Shown: piece by piece, positions 39,869 to 49,859 of the stretch | How positions within the stretch are numbered: the stretch's first letter is position 1 | Layout: each line of letters begins with the position of its first letter | DNA from: an uncultured Acidimicrobiaceae bacterium | GTDB taxonomy: Bacteria; Actinomycetota; Acidimicrobiia; Acidimicrobiales; SZUA-35 | Direction of reading: 5' to 3' | NCBI GenBank assembly: GCA_947259095.1 | Contig: CAMYLA010000001.1 | Coordinates: 26,586 to 90,585 of the forward strand | DNA length: 64,000 bases | Notes under the pieces: generated by a model | Database searches by the model: none | Seen by the model: only the letters and a program-made list of their open reading frames with translations | What the model was told of the DNA's origin: nothing | Made by a program: the position numbers and the translations under genes

Positions 39869-40975
39869 CTAGAACCGGGCGCCGTCGCAGACCGCAGCGG
39901 TGTCGATGAACGGGTTGATCTGGTTGCCCCGACCGCCGGCGTGGATCTCGAAGTGCAGGTGGGGAATACCCGCCGCATTGCCGTCGTCGCCCACGTAGCC
40001 GATGATCTGGCCCGCTCGGACCTCGCCCTCGACGTCGCCGTAGGCCGAGAGGTGGGTCCCGTAGAAGTAGTTGCCCTTGTCGTCGAAGAGGTGGAACGAC
40101 CGGCCGCCGACCCTGTTCGACCGGAACGACACCGTCCCGGTGACCGGGGCCACGATTGGCACACCACGATTGGCGATCATGTCGACGCCCTTGTGGCGGC
40201 GGCCGCCGGAGCGGGCGAAGCCCCAGGAGTCGATGAACGAATGTGGGCCGTCGAGTGGGCAGGTCCTCAGGTAGGCCCCCTGCTTGTAGCCAAGGCTCTG
40301 GGCCCAAACCGACTCCGAGACCGATTCGATCCGGGCGGTGCGGTTGAGGTTGCGTTCCTCGGCGTCTGCCAGCCAGGACTGCTCGTATTCCAGCCGGCTC
40401 TGGAGTTGGTCGACCTGGTCGGTCAGCTCCTCGTTCTCGACGATCTCGGCTTCCAGGTTGACCTTTGCCAGCTCCAGGTCCTTCGACTTGGTGCGGTATT
40501 TGTCGAACGATTCGGTGTCGGCGATGATCGCCGCATCGCCGAGGGCGTTGGCCCGGAGGCCTTCGTTCAGATCCTTCACCTCGATCAGGCCGGCGTCGAG
40601 ATCGACCTGACGGTAGTTGGTTATGGCGTTGTCGACCGTCGTCTCGGCGATCTCCTGGGTTTCGTCCCGCAGTTCGTTCACCGCCAGCCTGGCCCCGGCC
40701 AGGTTCCGGTCATCTGTCTCCTTCTGGAGGACGGTGACCCGAAGCGCCACCGACGTGTCATCGACCCGGTCCCGGACGTCCTCCAGGGTCAGTCCGGCCA
40801 GGGAGTCGATCTTGGCGTTTGCCGGCTCGGTGGCCTGCTGGGTCAGGGCCACGGCCCACAACGGTGACACCGAGCCGGCCGGGGCGACGGATGCGTTGCC
40901 CCCGGTCGGCATCAGGACCAGGGCGGCGAGGGCCAGTGCGAGCGCTGCGGCGCTGAGATGAAGACGACTCCGCAC
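39869..40975 (-). CDS. Secreted M23 peptidase with coiled-coil region
   Basis: Signal peptide, coiled coil, HKGVD and HLHFE zinc motifs. Confidence 0.88.
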   Translation of the reverse strand: MRSRLHLSAAALALALAALVLMPTGGNASVAPAGSVSPLWAVALTQQATEPANAKIDSLAGLTLEDVRDRVDDTSVALRVTVLQKETDDRNLAGARLAVNELRDETQEIAETTVDNAITNYRQVDLDAGLIEVKDLNEGLRANALGDAAIIADTESFDKYRTKSKDLELAKVNLEAEIVENEELTDQVDQLQSRLEYEQSWLADAEERNLNRTARIESVSESVWAQSLGYKQGAYLRTCPLDGPHSFIDSWGFARSGGRRHKGVDMIANRGVPIVAPVTGTVSFRSNRVGGRSFHLFDDKGNYFYGTHLSAYGDVEGEVRAGQIIGYVGDDGNAAGIPHLHFEIHAGGRGNQINPFIDTAAVCDGARF

Positions 40976-41118
40976 GGAGGAAAACCATATCGCTCTTGGC
41001 GATCGATCTCGGCGCGGGTCGGACCGATTGCGGGCGCGGGAACCGGTTTCGCCGGCAAACACGGCCCTGGATGGACACCCGACACCCCATCACTTGGGTA
41101 TTTTCACCTAGGCTGATC

Positions 41119-42258
41119 TCAAGTCTCGGCCCGGTCGATGAGCACATCGAGCGAGCGCTGGATGGCGCCGTCTCCGTCGTCGTGGGTGGTGAACCCACCC
41201 GATTCGTCCGTCGGCTGGATGATGGCCCGCACCACCTGCTCCTGGGAGACGACCCCGACCGGACCCTCCTCCGACTGCACAACCGACAGGTGCTGCTCCA
41301 GGCTGCGGAGCTGGAGCAGCACCTCGACCAGCGGCCGGTCGGCACCGACAACCGCCATACTCCGGATGTAGCTCGACGGCATCGGGGCACCCCGGCGCTC
41401 CGGGTCGATGAGCAGCAGATCGCGGACGTGGATATAGCCGATCGGCGCCGATCCCCGATCGGGATCGAGCACCAGGATCCGACCCTCACCGGTGGACGCC
41501 ACCGCCCGTTCCAGCTGGCGTACGGTGGCGCCGAGACGGACCTGGGGGTGGTCGGGCAACGGGGTTGCGATCTCCGACACCGGCCGCTGGGCGAAGTCAA
41601 GGGCACCCCGCAACATCTCGGCATCGTCGGCGTCGATGGCGCCGCCCTCGGTGGCCTGGGCCACGATCACCGCCAGCTCGGCGGCGGTGTGGACCGACTG
41701 CAGCTCATCGCGGGGTTGGATGCCGACGGCCCGGGTGGCCAGGTTTGCCATGCCGTTCAGCAGTTGGACCACCGGGCGGAACAGGAACAGGTACATCCGG
41801 TACGGGATCACCAGCCATCGCAGGGTGGCGTCGGGGGCCGCCAGCGCGATGTTCTTGGGCACCATCTCGCCGAAGATCAGGTGGAGGATGGTGAACACCG
41901 AGAGCGAGATGGTGACCCCGATCACCGTGGCCACCTCCGGGGAAACCGACTCGCCAAGCAGCCGCTCGATGATGCCCTCCAGCGCCGGCTCGCTGATCCG
42001 CCCCAGGGCCAGGGAGGCGATGGTGATCCCCAGCTGGGCCCCGGCCAGCTGCATCGACACGTCGGAGAGGCTGGTCCTGGCTGCGACCGACGATCGCCTG
42101 GCGTCGTCTTCGAAGCTCGACCGCTTGGCCGCCAGGACCGCGAACTCGTAGGCCACGTAGAAGCCGTTGAGCACGATCAGCCCGACACTGGCCACCAGTG
42201 CGATGGTGACCGCAACGGTGTCCATCTCCTCGGCCCCGACGGCGATGGCCCCGATCAT
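41119..42258 (-). CDS. CNNM/DUF21-CBS (hemolysin/CorC family) protein
   Basis: NGFYVAYEFA, AQLGIT, GEMVPKNIA, CBS pair; no CorC tail. Confidence 0.88.
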   Translation of the reverse strand: MIGAIAVGAEEMDTVAVTIALVASVGLIVLNGFYVAYEFAVLAAKRSSFEDDARRSSVAARTSLSDVSMQLAGAQLGITIASLALGRISEPALEGIIERLLGESVSPEVATVIGVTISLSVFTILHLIFGEMVPKNIALAAPDATLRWLVIPYRMYLFLFRPVVQLLNGMANLATRAVGIQPRDELQSVHTAAELAVIVAQATEGGAIDADDAEMLRGALDFAQRPVSEIATPLPDHPQVRLGATVRQLERAVASTGEGRILVLDPDRGSAPIGYIHVRDLLLIDPERRGAPMPSSYIRSMAVVGADRPLVEVLLQLRSLEQHLSVVQSEEGPVGVVSQEQVVRAIIQPTDESGGFTTHDDGDGAIQRSLDVLIDRAET

Positions 42259-43562
42259 GACCGAACCGGCGGCGGGGCCGGCGGTTCGACGACCCGCAGC
42301 GAGGCGATGCGGAGGTTGTCCATTTCCGCCACCTCCAGCTTCCAGCCCTCGTACGGCACGCCGTCGCCCTCCTCGGGGATGTGGCCGAGGTGGGCCAGGA
42401 CGAAGCCGGCGATGGTCTCGTACTCGCCGATCGGCAGCACCAGCCCGCAGGCCTCCTCCACCTCGTCGGGATGGAGGGTGCCGGCCAGCAGGTAGACCCC
42501 GGGGGCGACGCCGAGGGTGACCGCCGTCGACTCGTCGTACTCGTCGTCGACCTCACCGACGATCTCCTCCAGCAGGTCTTCCAGGGTGAGGATGCCTGCG
42601 GTGCCGCCGTGCTCGTCGATGACCACCGCCATCTGGGCGTCCGAGGATCGGAAATCACCGACGATGTCGACCAGATCCCTGGTCTCGGGCACGATCAGCG
42701 GCTCCCGCATCAGATCGCCGGCCGTCTTCTGCTCCCGCTCCTCCATGGAGAGATCGAACACCGCGGCGATGTCGACAACACCCCGAACGTGGTCGAGGTC
42801 CTGGTCGAAGACCGGGAACTTGCTGAAGTTGCTGTTCCTTGTCCTGTCGATCAACTCCGAGACCGGCGCATCGAGCGACAGGGCCAGGACGTGGACCCGA
42901 GGGGTCAGGGCATCGGCTGCGGTCTTGTCGCCGAAGCGGATCGTCCTGGTCAACAATTCCTGGGCGGCCGGGTTCAACAGGCCGGACTCCCCCGAGCTCT
43001 GGATGATGTACTCGAGCTCCTCGAGGGTCCGCAGGTCGGCCAACTCCTCCTGCGGTTCGAGGCCCATGCGCCGGACGGTCCAGTTGGCAGCGCCGTTCAA
43101 GACCCGAATCAGGGGGCTGAGCGCCCCGTGGACCAGCAACGCAAGGGGGGCGAGAGCTCTGGCCGTCGCCTCCGGTTTTGCCACCGCGATGGTCTTGGGG
43201 ATGAGTTCTCCCACCACCATCTGGAACACCGTGGCCGCGGCCAGGGCCAGCACGACCGACATGGTGGGCCCGGAGAGCAACGGGATCGGCTCGAGGATCG
43301 GTTCCAGGATCCGCCCCACCAGGGGTTCGGACAGGAAGCCGATGACCAGGCTGGTGACGGTGATCCCGAGCTGGGCGCCGGAGAGGTGGAACGAGAGCCG
43401 GCGCCGGGCTGCGATGGCGGCCCTGGCGGCCCAGCGACCGTCCGAGGCCATGGCGTCGAGCTTCGACCGGTCCGATGCGACGAGGGCGAACTCCACCGCG
43501 ACGAAGAAGCCGTTGGCCGCAACCAGCAGGAAGATGATGAGGAGACCGACGAACAGAGGCAT
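42255..43562 (-). CDS. CNNM/DUF21-CBS-CorC (hemolysin family) protein
   Basis: NGFFVAVEFA, GELIPK, DEHGGTAGILTLEDLLEEIVGE, YETIAG. Confidence 0.92.
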   Translation of the reverse strand: MPLFVGLLIIFLLVAANGFFVAVEFALVASDRSKLDAMASDGRWAARAAIAARRRLSFHLSGAQLGITVTSLVIGFLSEPLVGRILEPILEPIPLLSGPTMSVVLALAAATVFQMVVGELIPKTIAVAKPEATARALAPLALLVHGALSPLIRVLNGAANWTVRRMGLEPQEELADLRTLEELEYIIQSSGESGLLNPAAQELLTRTIRFGDKTAADALTPRVHVLALSLDAPVSELIDRTRNSNFSKFPVFDQDLDHVRGVVDIAAVFDLSMEEREQKTAGDLMREPLIVPETRDLVDIVGDFRSSDAQMAVVIDEHGGTAGILTLEDLLEEIVGEVDDEYDESTAVTLGVAPGVYLLAGTLHPDEVEEACGLVLPIGEYETIAGFVLAHLGHIPEEGDGVPYEGWKLEVAEMDNLRIASLRVVEPPAPPPVRS

Positions 43563-43657
43563 GAAGGTTGGGCAGAACGCACGATCTGTGACAGATCAGC
43601 GGGTCTGTACTCTACTCCGCACGTACCGTTGTCCGGGCCGGACCGTAGCCTGATGCC

Positions 43658-44458
43658 GTGCATGCTCCCCTGGTCGACCTTCACGACGTGTCGGTGGTCC
43701 ACGAGGGGCACAAGCTGCTCGGTCCGCTGTCGTGGCGCATCGAGGCGGGTCAGCACTGGGTGGTGATCGGACCCAATGGTGGCGGCAAGAGCACCCTGAT
43801 GCGGTTGGCATCGCTGGCCCAACACCCGAGCGACGGCACGGTGACGGTATTCGGCCAACGTCTTGGCCGGGTCGACATCCGGCCCCTGCGGTCACGGATC
43901 GGGGTTTCCTCGGCCTCGCTTGTCGATCAGCTGCGGGGCCGGCTCACCGCCAACGAGATCGTCCGTTGTGGCCTGTACGCCGCCCTGGAACCCTGGTGGC
44001 ACACCTACAGCGACGACGACATGGCCAGGGCGGACGAGCTGCTGGCGCAGGTCGGCCTGGTCGGCTACGGCCGGCGGACCTTCGCCACGCTGTCCAGCGG
44101 CGAGCGGCAAAGAACCCTGCTGGCCAGGACCCTGATGGCCGAACCCGATGTCCTGGTGCTCGACGAACCGACGGCCGGGCTCGATCTCGGCGGCCGGGAG
44201 GCGTTGGTGACGGCCCTCGACGCCATCGCCGAGGCCGACGGGCCGGCCACCGTCTTCGTCACCCACCATGTGGAGGACATCCCGATCTCGACCACCCACG
44301 CCCTGGCCATCTCCGGCGGGCGAGCGGTTGCCGATGGCCCGGTCGAGCAGGTGCTGTCCTCGGGCCTGCTGAGCGAGATGTTCGCCATGCCGGTACACCT
44401 CGAACGGCGCCAGGGCCGCTGGTCGGCTCGGACCACCGGGCCAACCGATCGAAGCTGA
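43658..44458 (+). CDS. Stand-alone ABC ATPase (ModF/YlmA-like)
   Basis: GPNGGGKST, LSSGERQR, LDEPTAGLD, VTHHVEDI. Confidence 0.9.
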   Translation: MHAPLVDLHDVSVVHEGHKLLGPLSWRIEAGQHWVVIGPNGGGKSTLMRLASLAQHPSDGTVTVFGQRLGRVDIRPLRSRIGVSSASLVDQLRGRLTANEIVRCGLYAALEPWWHTYSDDDMARADELLAQVGLVGYGRRTFATLSSGERQRTLLARTLMAEPDVLVLDEPTAGLDLGGREALVTALDAIAEADGPATVFVTHHVEDIPISTTHALAISGGRAVADGPVEQVLSSGLLSEMFAMPVHLERRQGRWSARTTGPTDRS

Positions 44459-44459
44459 C

Positions 44460-45941
44460 TCAGCCGGTACCGGTCGAAGCCTGCGGCACCGATTCGGCCG
44501 GGGCCTCGGTGAGGACCGGCTCGGGACGGGGTGCGGTGGTCGGGGTGGCCTCGGTCGGCGGCGGCCCGGTGGTGGTGGTCGGTTGGGGCGGCGGTTCCGG
44601 AGGGGGACGGTCGACCACCACCGGCTGGTGTTGGGGGCCGGGGCTGGTGCCGGCCTCGATGGCCGCCAGTTCGAGATCGGACACCACCTTCAGCAGCGGG
44701 TACGGGTTGACCGGCCGACCGCCACCGGGATGGAGCTGCAGGTGGAGGTGGGGCGGGGTACCGACCGCGTTGCCGGTGTTGCCGACGTAGCCGACGAGCT
44801 CACCGGCCTCGACCACCACGCCGTTGGCCAATCCGGGGGCGAACGAGTCGAGATGGGCGTAGTACCACTCCGAGCCGCTCTCCCCCTTGAGCCAGAACTT
44901 GAGGCCGCCGAGACGGCCGACCCCCAGCTTGGTGATGATCCCCCGCTCGGCGGCCACCAGCGGGGTGCCCCGCTTGGCGAAGATGTCGATGCCCTCGTGC
45001 CAGTGCTCGTCGGCGGTCCCGGTCATCCGGGGAAACCCGTAGCTGTCGATGAGCGGGGTCGGGTACGCTCCACCGATCGGGAACGTCACCCCGTGGATGA
45101 ACACCTCGCTGCCGGCCCGAAACGCCTCGTACTCGACGGCGGCCTGGTCGATGGCCTCGTCCAACTCGGCGATCCCGGCCTCGGCGTCTGCCTGGTAATC
45201 GGCCACCAACCGGGAGCGGTCGAGAAGCGACAACACATTGCCGTTCAGCTCGGCCCGCAGCCCATCCAGCCGATCGAGATCGGTCCGGTCGACATCGAGC
45301 ACAGACGAGACCATCTTGGACCGCCGCTGGGCGCCGAGGACCTCACGATAGTTCGACGGATCCGGTTGCTGGCGGTCGTCGGACCCGGAGCCGAAGCGCT
45401 GGAAGCCGAAGACCGCCCGCGAGGCCAGTCGATCGGCGGCGTCGTCGAGGTCGTCGAGGGCGTCCCTGGTCCGTCGGTCGAGGGCCTGGCGATCTTGGGC
45501 CAGCTGCTTGGAGCGCTTTCGCAGGTTGCGGACCTCGACGATGGCGTCCTGTTTCAGCTGTCTGCTGTCGGCCAGCTTCCGCTCGGCTGCGGCAACGCTG
45601 CTCCACAGGATCTCGGCCGCTTCGTACTGGGCCTGCCCGTTGTAGGTCTCCTTGGGAGGCACGGTTTCTTCGGTGGCCGGCGGCTCCTCCCCCGGCTCCT
45701 CGTTGATCATCGGGTCGGCGGGAACCTGCTCGCCCGTTCCATCGGCCGCCGGATCCGGGTCCGAGATCGAGGAATCCGGCTGCGATGCGGGGGGATCGGT
45801 GGTCTGGCCGGCGGTGGTGGTCGATGTCTCCTGGGCCGCCAGTGGCGCGGACCACAGGACCACGATGACAAGCGTCGCCAGGACAATGACCGCCGATCGA
45901 CGGCCGGGCCGGCGCGGGGGGTTCTCGAACCGATGGGCCAT
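44460..45941 (-). CDS. Secreted M23 peptidase with coiled coil and Pro/Thr-rich tail
   Basis: Signal peptide ending LAAQ, HEGID, YYAHL, GNTGNA, HLHLQ. Confidence 0.88.
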   Translation of the reverse strand: MAHRFENPPRRPGRRSAVIVLATLVIVVLWSAPLAAQETSTTTAGQTTDPPASQPDSSISDPDPAADGTGEQVPADPMINEEPGEEPPATEETVPPKETYNGQAQYEAAEILWSSVAAAERKLADSRQLKQDAIVEVRNLRKRSKQLAQDRQALDRRTRDALDDLDDAADRLASRAVFGFQRFGSGSDDRQQPDPSNYREVLGAQRRSKMVSSVLDVDRTDLDRLDGLRAELNGNVLSLLDRSRLVADYQADAEAGIAELDEAIDQAAVEYEAFRAGSEVFIHGVTFPIGGAYPTPLIDSYGFPRMTGTADEHWHEGIDIFAKRGTPLVAAERGIITKLGVGRLGGLKFWLKGESGSEWYYAHLDSFAPGLANGVVVEAGELVGYVGNTGNAVGTPPHLHLQLHPGGGRPVNPYPLLKVVSDLELAAIEAGTSPGPQHQPVVVDRPPPEPPPQPTTTTGPPPTEATPTTAPRPEPVLTEAPAESVPQASTGTG

Positions 45942-45996
45942 ACCGTTCAGCTATCGGCCGCCGCAGCCGTTTTTGAAGCCCGGGGTTGCGGGCCGG

Positions 45997-46806
45997 TCAG
46001 TCCAGGTGGTGGGCGTCGCCGGCGTGGAGCTCGACCAGGCCTCGTGCTTCGGTCTCCATCAGCAGTGTGCCGTTTGGCGAGATGTCGGTGGCGGTCCCCC
46101 GGTGATCGCCGTCGCCGGTGGCGAACCGCAACCGGCGGCCGAGGGTGAGGCACGACCGGCGGTACCGCTCCAGCAGCGGCGCCGGCCCGTCGGTCTCGGC
46201 CCGGGCCAGCCAGAACTCGAGACAGCGAAGGTAGCGGGTCAGGATCTCGTCGCGATCGACGGCGCGGCCGACGACCTCGGCCAGGGTGGCGGCTCTGGCC
46301 GCCACCTCCGGTGGGGGCGGGCGACCCCAGCGGAGGTTCATTCCCATGCCGACCACGACCACCATCGTGATCTCGTCCCCGCGCCGGGGCGATGATCCGC
46401 CGGTGGTCGACTCGGCCAGGATCCCGGCCAGCTTCCGCTCATCGAGCCAGGGCACCAGCACGTCGTTCGGCCACTTCAGCCCGATCGGGGACGCTCCCCG
46501 GGCCAGCAGGGTGCCGACCGCCTCGACGGCGGCAACGCCGGTCAACAGCGGGAGCAGGGGCGCCAGAGCCCGCTGCGGTCGCAGCAGCACCGACACCAAC
46601 AGGGCGTTGCCCGGCTCGTCGTGCCAGCTCCGCTGCTGTCTACCCCGACCTGCGGTCTGGTGGTCGGTGACCGCCACGCTGCCCTCGGCCGCCCCGCCGG
46701 CGGCCTCGGCCAGCAGGTCGGCGTTGGTGGAACCGGTCTCCTCGGTTTTGCGAATCGAAGTGAATCGGGTGGCCTTCAACGATGGAAGTTCTGCCAAACC
46801 GGTCAT
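45997..46806 (-). CDS. birA: Biotin--protein ligase (no HTH domain)
   Basis: TGSTNADL, QTAGRGR, LKWPNDV, KLAGIL, AGD C-terminus. Confidence 0.93.
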   Translation of the reverse strand: MTGLAELPSLKATRFTSIRKTEETGSTNADLLAEAAGGAAEGSVAVTDHQTAGRGRQQRSWHDEPGNALLVSVLLRPQRALAPLLPLLTGVAAVEAVGTLLARGASPIGLKWPNDVLVPWLDERKLAGILAESTTGGSSPRRGDEITMVVVVGMGMNLRWGRPPPPEVAARAATLAEVVGRAVDRDEILTRYLRCLEFWLARAETDGPAPLLERYRRSCLTLGRRLRFATGDGDHRGTATDISPNGTLLMETEARGLVELHAGDAHHLD

Positions 46807-46825
46807 CTCTGCATACATTAGGCGG

Positions 46826-48586
46826 GTGTTCACAAAAGTCTTGATTGCCAATCGTGGGGAAATTGCAGTCCGGGTCATCCGAGCCTGCCAGGAACAGGGC
46901 ATCGCCACGGTGGCGGTGTATTCCGATCTCGATCGCGACGCCCAACACGTCCGGTTGGCCGACGAGGCCTACGCCCTCGGCGGCCAGACCGCAGCCGACA
47001 GCTACCTCAACACCGAGGTCATCCTCGAGGCCATCGAACGGTCGGGGGCCGAGGCGGTCCATCCCGGATACGGCTTCTTCAGCGAGAACGCCGACTTCGC
47101 ACGGGCCATCACCGAACGGGGCGTTGCCTTCATCGGGCCGCCGCCGGAGGCCATCGAGGTCATGGGGGACAAGATCAGTGCCCGGGCCGCGGCCGAGAAG
47201 GTCGGCGTCAACGGGGTGCCGGGCAATACCGAGTTCCTGTCGAGCGCAGACCAGGTCGTGGCATTCGGCAACGACCACGGTTGGCCGGTGGCGATCAAAG
47301 CCGCCTTCGGCGGCGGCGGTCGGGGCATGAAGGTGGTCCAATCGGCCGACGAGGCCAAGGGTGCGCTGGAGTCGGCCCAGCGGGAGGCGAAGTCCTACTT
47401 CGGACGTGACGAGTGCTACATCGAGCGCTACCTGACAAAACCCCGCCACGTCGAGGTCCAGGTCCTGTGCGACAACCACGGCAACGGCGTCTTTCTCGGG
47501 ACCCGGGACTGCTCGGCCCAGCGGCGGCATCAGAAGCTGATCGAGGAGGCTCCTGCCCCGAACCTGAGCGCCGACATCACCGACGCCATGGGCCAGGCGG
47601 CCCTCAAGGTCGCCTTGGGCTGCGGCTACACCAACGCCGGCACGGTCGAGTTCCTCTATGAGGACGGCGAGTTCTACTACCTGGAGATGAACACCCGACT
47701 CCAGGTCGAGCATCCGGTCACCGAGCTGGTCACCGAGACCGACCTGGTGGCCGAGCAGCTCCGGGTGGCGGCCGGCGAACCGTTGGGCTACGACCAGGGT
47801 GATGTCGAGATCCGAGGCCACGCGGTGGAAATCCGGATCAACGCCGAGGACCCGGCCGGCGGACGGTTCCTGCCCTCACCGGGCCGTATCACCGCCCTCA
47901 TACCGAGCTCGGGGTTCGGGGTCCGGTGGGACGGCGGCTACGAGTCCGGCGATGAGATAAGCCAGTACTACGACAACCTCGCCGGCAAACTGGTCTGCTG
48001 GGGCCGGGACCGCCCCACCGCCATCCGGCGAACGATCCGGGCGCTTCGGGAGTTCGTGATCGAGGGTGTGGCAACAACCATCCCGGCCGACCTCGCCATT
48101 CTCGAACACCCCGACTTCCAAGCGGTTGCCCATTCGACGAAGTGGGTCGAGGAAGTCCTCGATCTCAGCGACATCGGCGCGCCGCGGCGCTCCGCCGACG
48201 AGGCGGCCCCCGACGCCGAACCGAAGCAACGGCGAGATGTCGACGTGGAGGTCAACGGCAAGCGGTTCAGCGTCTCGATGTGGATCCCGGAGTCCGACCT
48301 CGCCCCCGCGGCCAAGGCCCAGCCCAAGCCGACACGGCGGGGCTCGGCCGGCTCGGCCGCCGCGGGTACCGGTTCCGGCGATGTGGCGGTCCCGATGCAG
48401 GGAACCGTGGTCAAGGTGCTGGTCGAGGTCGGTCAGCAGATCGAGGCCGGCGAGACGATCATCGTGCTGGAAGCGATGAAGATGGAAAACAACGTGGCGG
48501 CCGAGAAATCCGGCACCGTCAAGGAGGTCCGGGTCGAAGCCGGCCAGAGCGTGAGCGGCGGCGACGTCGTAGCGGTCATCGACTAG
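46826..48586 (+). CDS. Acyl-CoA carboxylase alpha subunit (biotin carboxylase fused to BCCP)
   Basis: KVLIANRGEIA, HPGYGF, GGGGRGM, QRRHQK, EMNTRLQVEH, EAMKM. Confidence 0.96.
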   Translation: MFTKVLIANRGEIAVRVIRACQEQGIATVAVYSDLDRDAQHVRLADEAYALGGQTAADSYLNTEVILEAIERSGAEAVHPGYGFFSENADFARAITERGVAFIGPPPEAIEVMGDKISARAAAEKVGVNGVPGNTEFLSSADQVVAFGNDHGWPVAIKAAFGGGGRGMKVVQSADEAKGALESAQREAKSYFGRDECYIERYLTKPRHVEVQVLCDNHGNGVFLGTRDCSAQRRHQKLIEEAPAPNLSADITDAMGQAALKVALGCGYTNAGTVEFLYEDGEFYYLEMNTRLQVEHPVTELVTETDLVAEQLRVAAGEPLGYDQGDVEIRGHAVEIRINAEDPAGGRFLPSPGRITALIPSSGFGVRWDGGYESGDEISQYYDNLAGKLVCWGRDRPTAIRRTIRALREFVIEGVATTIPADLAILEHPDFQAVAHSTKWVEEVLDLSDIGAPRRSADEAAPDAEPKQRRDVDVEVNGKRFSVSMWIPESDLAPAAKAQPKPTRRGSAGSAAAGTGSGDVAVPMQGTVVKVLVEVGQQIEAGETIIVLEAMKMENNVAAEKSGTVKEVRVEAGQSVSGGDVVAVID

Positions 48587-48625
48587 CGACTGCGCCGGCT
48601 GTGGGCCGGAAGTGATCGGGTTGGA

Positions 48626-48928
48626 TCAGGCTTCGAGCAGCGTGACCGATGCCCCGGTTCGCTTCTCGACCAGGGCCACCAGCTCGGTGACGGCGTTGTG
48701 GCCGGATTCGGGAACCGGCGCGCCGATCAGCACCTCGGTCCCGCCGGTGGCGTCAACCAGTTCGGAGATCTCGTTCGCCACATCGCCGGCCCGGACCAGG
48801 ACCCGGACCGAAACGTCGCTCACCCCGGTCTGCTTCCTGGTCAGCTCCAGTTGGGCGTTCAGCAACCAGGCCAATTCGTCCTCGGCCAGCTCCAGCATGA
48901 CCCGGTCGATGTCGCCGAAGGTGGCGTC
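48626..48928 (-). pseudogene. 3' remnant of a universal stress protein-like gene
   Basis: ELAEDELAWLL...VRVLVRAGDVANEI...EVLIGAP resembles the C-terminal half of a USP; no own start, joined out of frame to the antiporter fragment. Confidence 0.55.
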
Positions 48929-49849
48929 CCCGCAACCCGGCCCACACCATGACGTGCCGGTAGGCCATGGGTATCCGGCGGCTGGGCTGGATCCGGTGGG
49001 CCACCCAGGCCAGCCCGTAGAACAGGACCGCCCGCAACACCAGCACCGCCACCACCCCGAGCAGCACCGCACCGAGCTCCCGCCACAGGGTGCTGAGGGT
49101 GATCGTCAGCCCGATCACCAGGAACACCATGGAGTTGACCAGGAACGTCAGCAGCTCCCAGAAGTGTTCCAGGGTCAGCCTGGTCGCCGGCGAGGTGTTC
49201 TGCAGACCGAGGTTGCCGACCACCAGCCCCGCGGCGACCACGGCCAGGATCCCCGAAAGGTGGAAGCCGCTGTCGCCGAAGATCCGGCCGAATTCCTCGG
49301 CAAGGAGGAACGAGCCGTAGGCAACGGCCAACGTCGTCGAGGTCTCGATCAGCGGATCGTCGTCGACAGCCGTTTCGGCGCTCCCATGGCCTTGAAGAAG
49401 GCGATCACGGCCACCGGGTCGGTGGCTGAGATCAGCGCCCCGAAGGCCAGGGCGGCGGCCCAGGGCAGCCCAAGGGTTGCGTTGACCAACCAGCCGAGGA
49501 CCAGGGTGCCGATGGCGGTGCCGACCAGGGCGAACAGCAGGATCGGGGTCAGGTCGGCCCTGAGCTTGGACCACGGGAGATGGAGGGTCGCCTCGAACAG
49601 CAACGGCGGGACCAGCAGGGCCAAGATGAGATCCGGCGAAACGTCGACCGCCACCAGGTCGCCCAGTGCCGAGGCTCCGAAGCCGGCGATGACCAGGGCC
49701 ACGGTATAGGGGAACCGGACTCGCGCCGCCAGCACGGCCACGCCGGCAGCGATTGCCAGGAGCACGACCGCGGCGATCTCCTGGCTGATCAGGGCACTCT
49801 CCGCAGCCTCGGCGCCGAGCAGCAACCCCATGGACACGGTGGCGGTCAT
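48929..49849 (-). pseudogene. CPA1/NhaP Na+/H+ antiporter disrupted by internal deletions
   Basis: Frame 1 has PPLLFEA and ISATDPVAV and stops at 49349; frame 2 resumes DDPLIE...SGILAVV...FWE...WAGLRG. The EGESLxND helix and the terminal TM helices are missing. Confidence 0.8.
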
Positions 49850-49859
49850 CGAAGCGACG

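Noticed and set aside
40976-41118. Possible c-di-AMP (ydaO) riboswitch upstream of the M23 peptidase
   Set aside because: The conserved ydaO motifs are not visible, and a -10 sits 8 nt from the start.
49340-49380. Programmed frameshift in the antiporter
   Set aside because: No slippery run, and conserved helices are physically missing, so deletion fits better.
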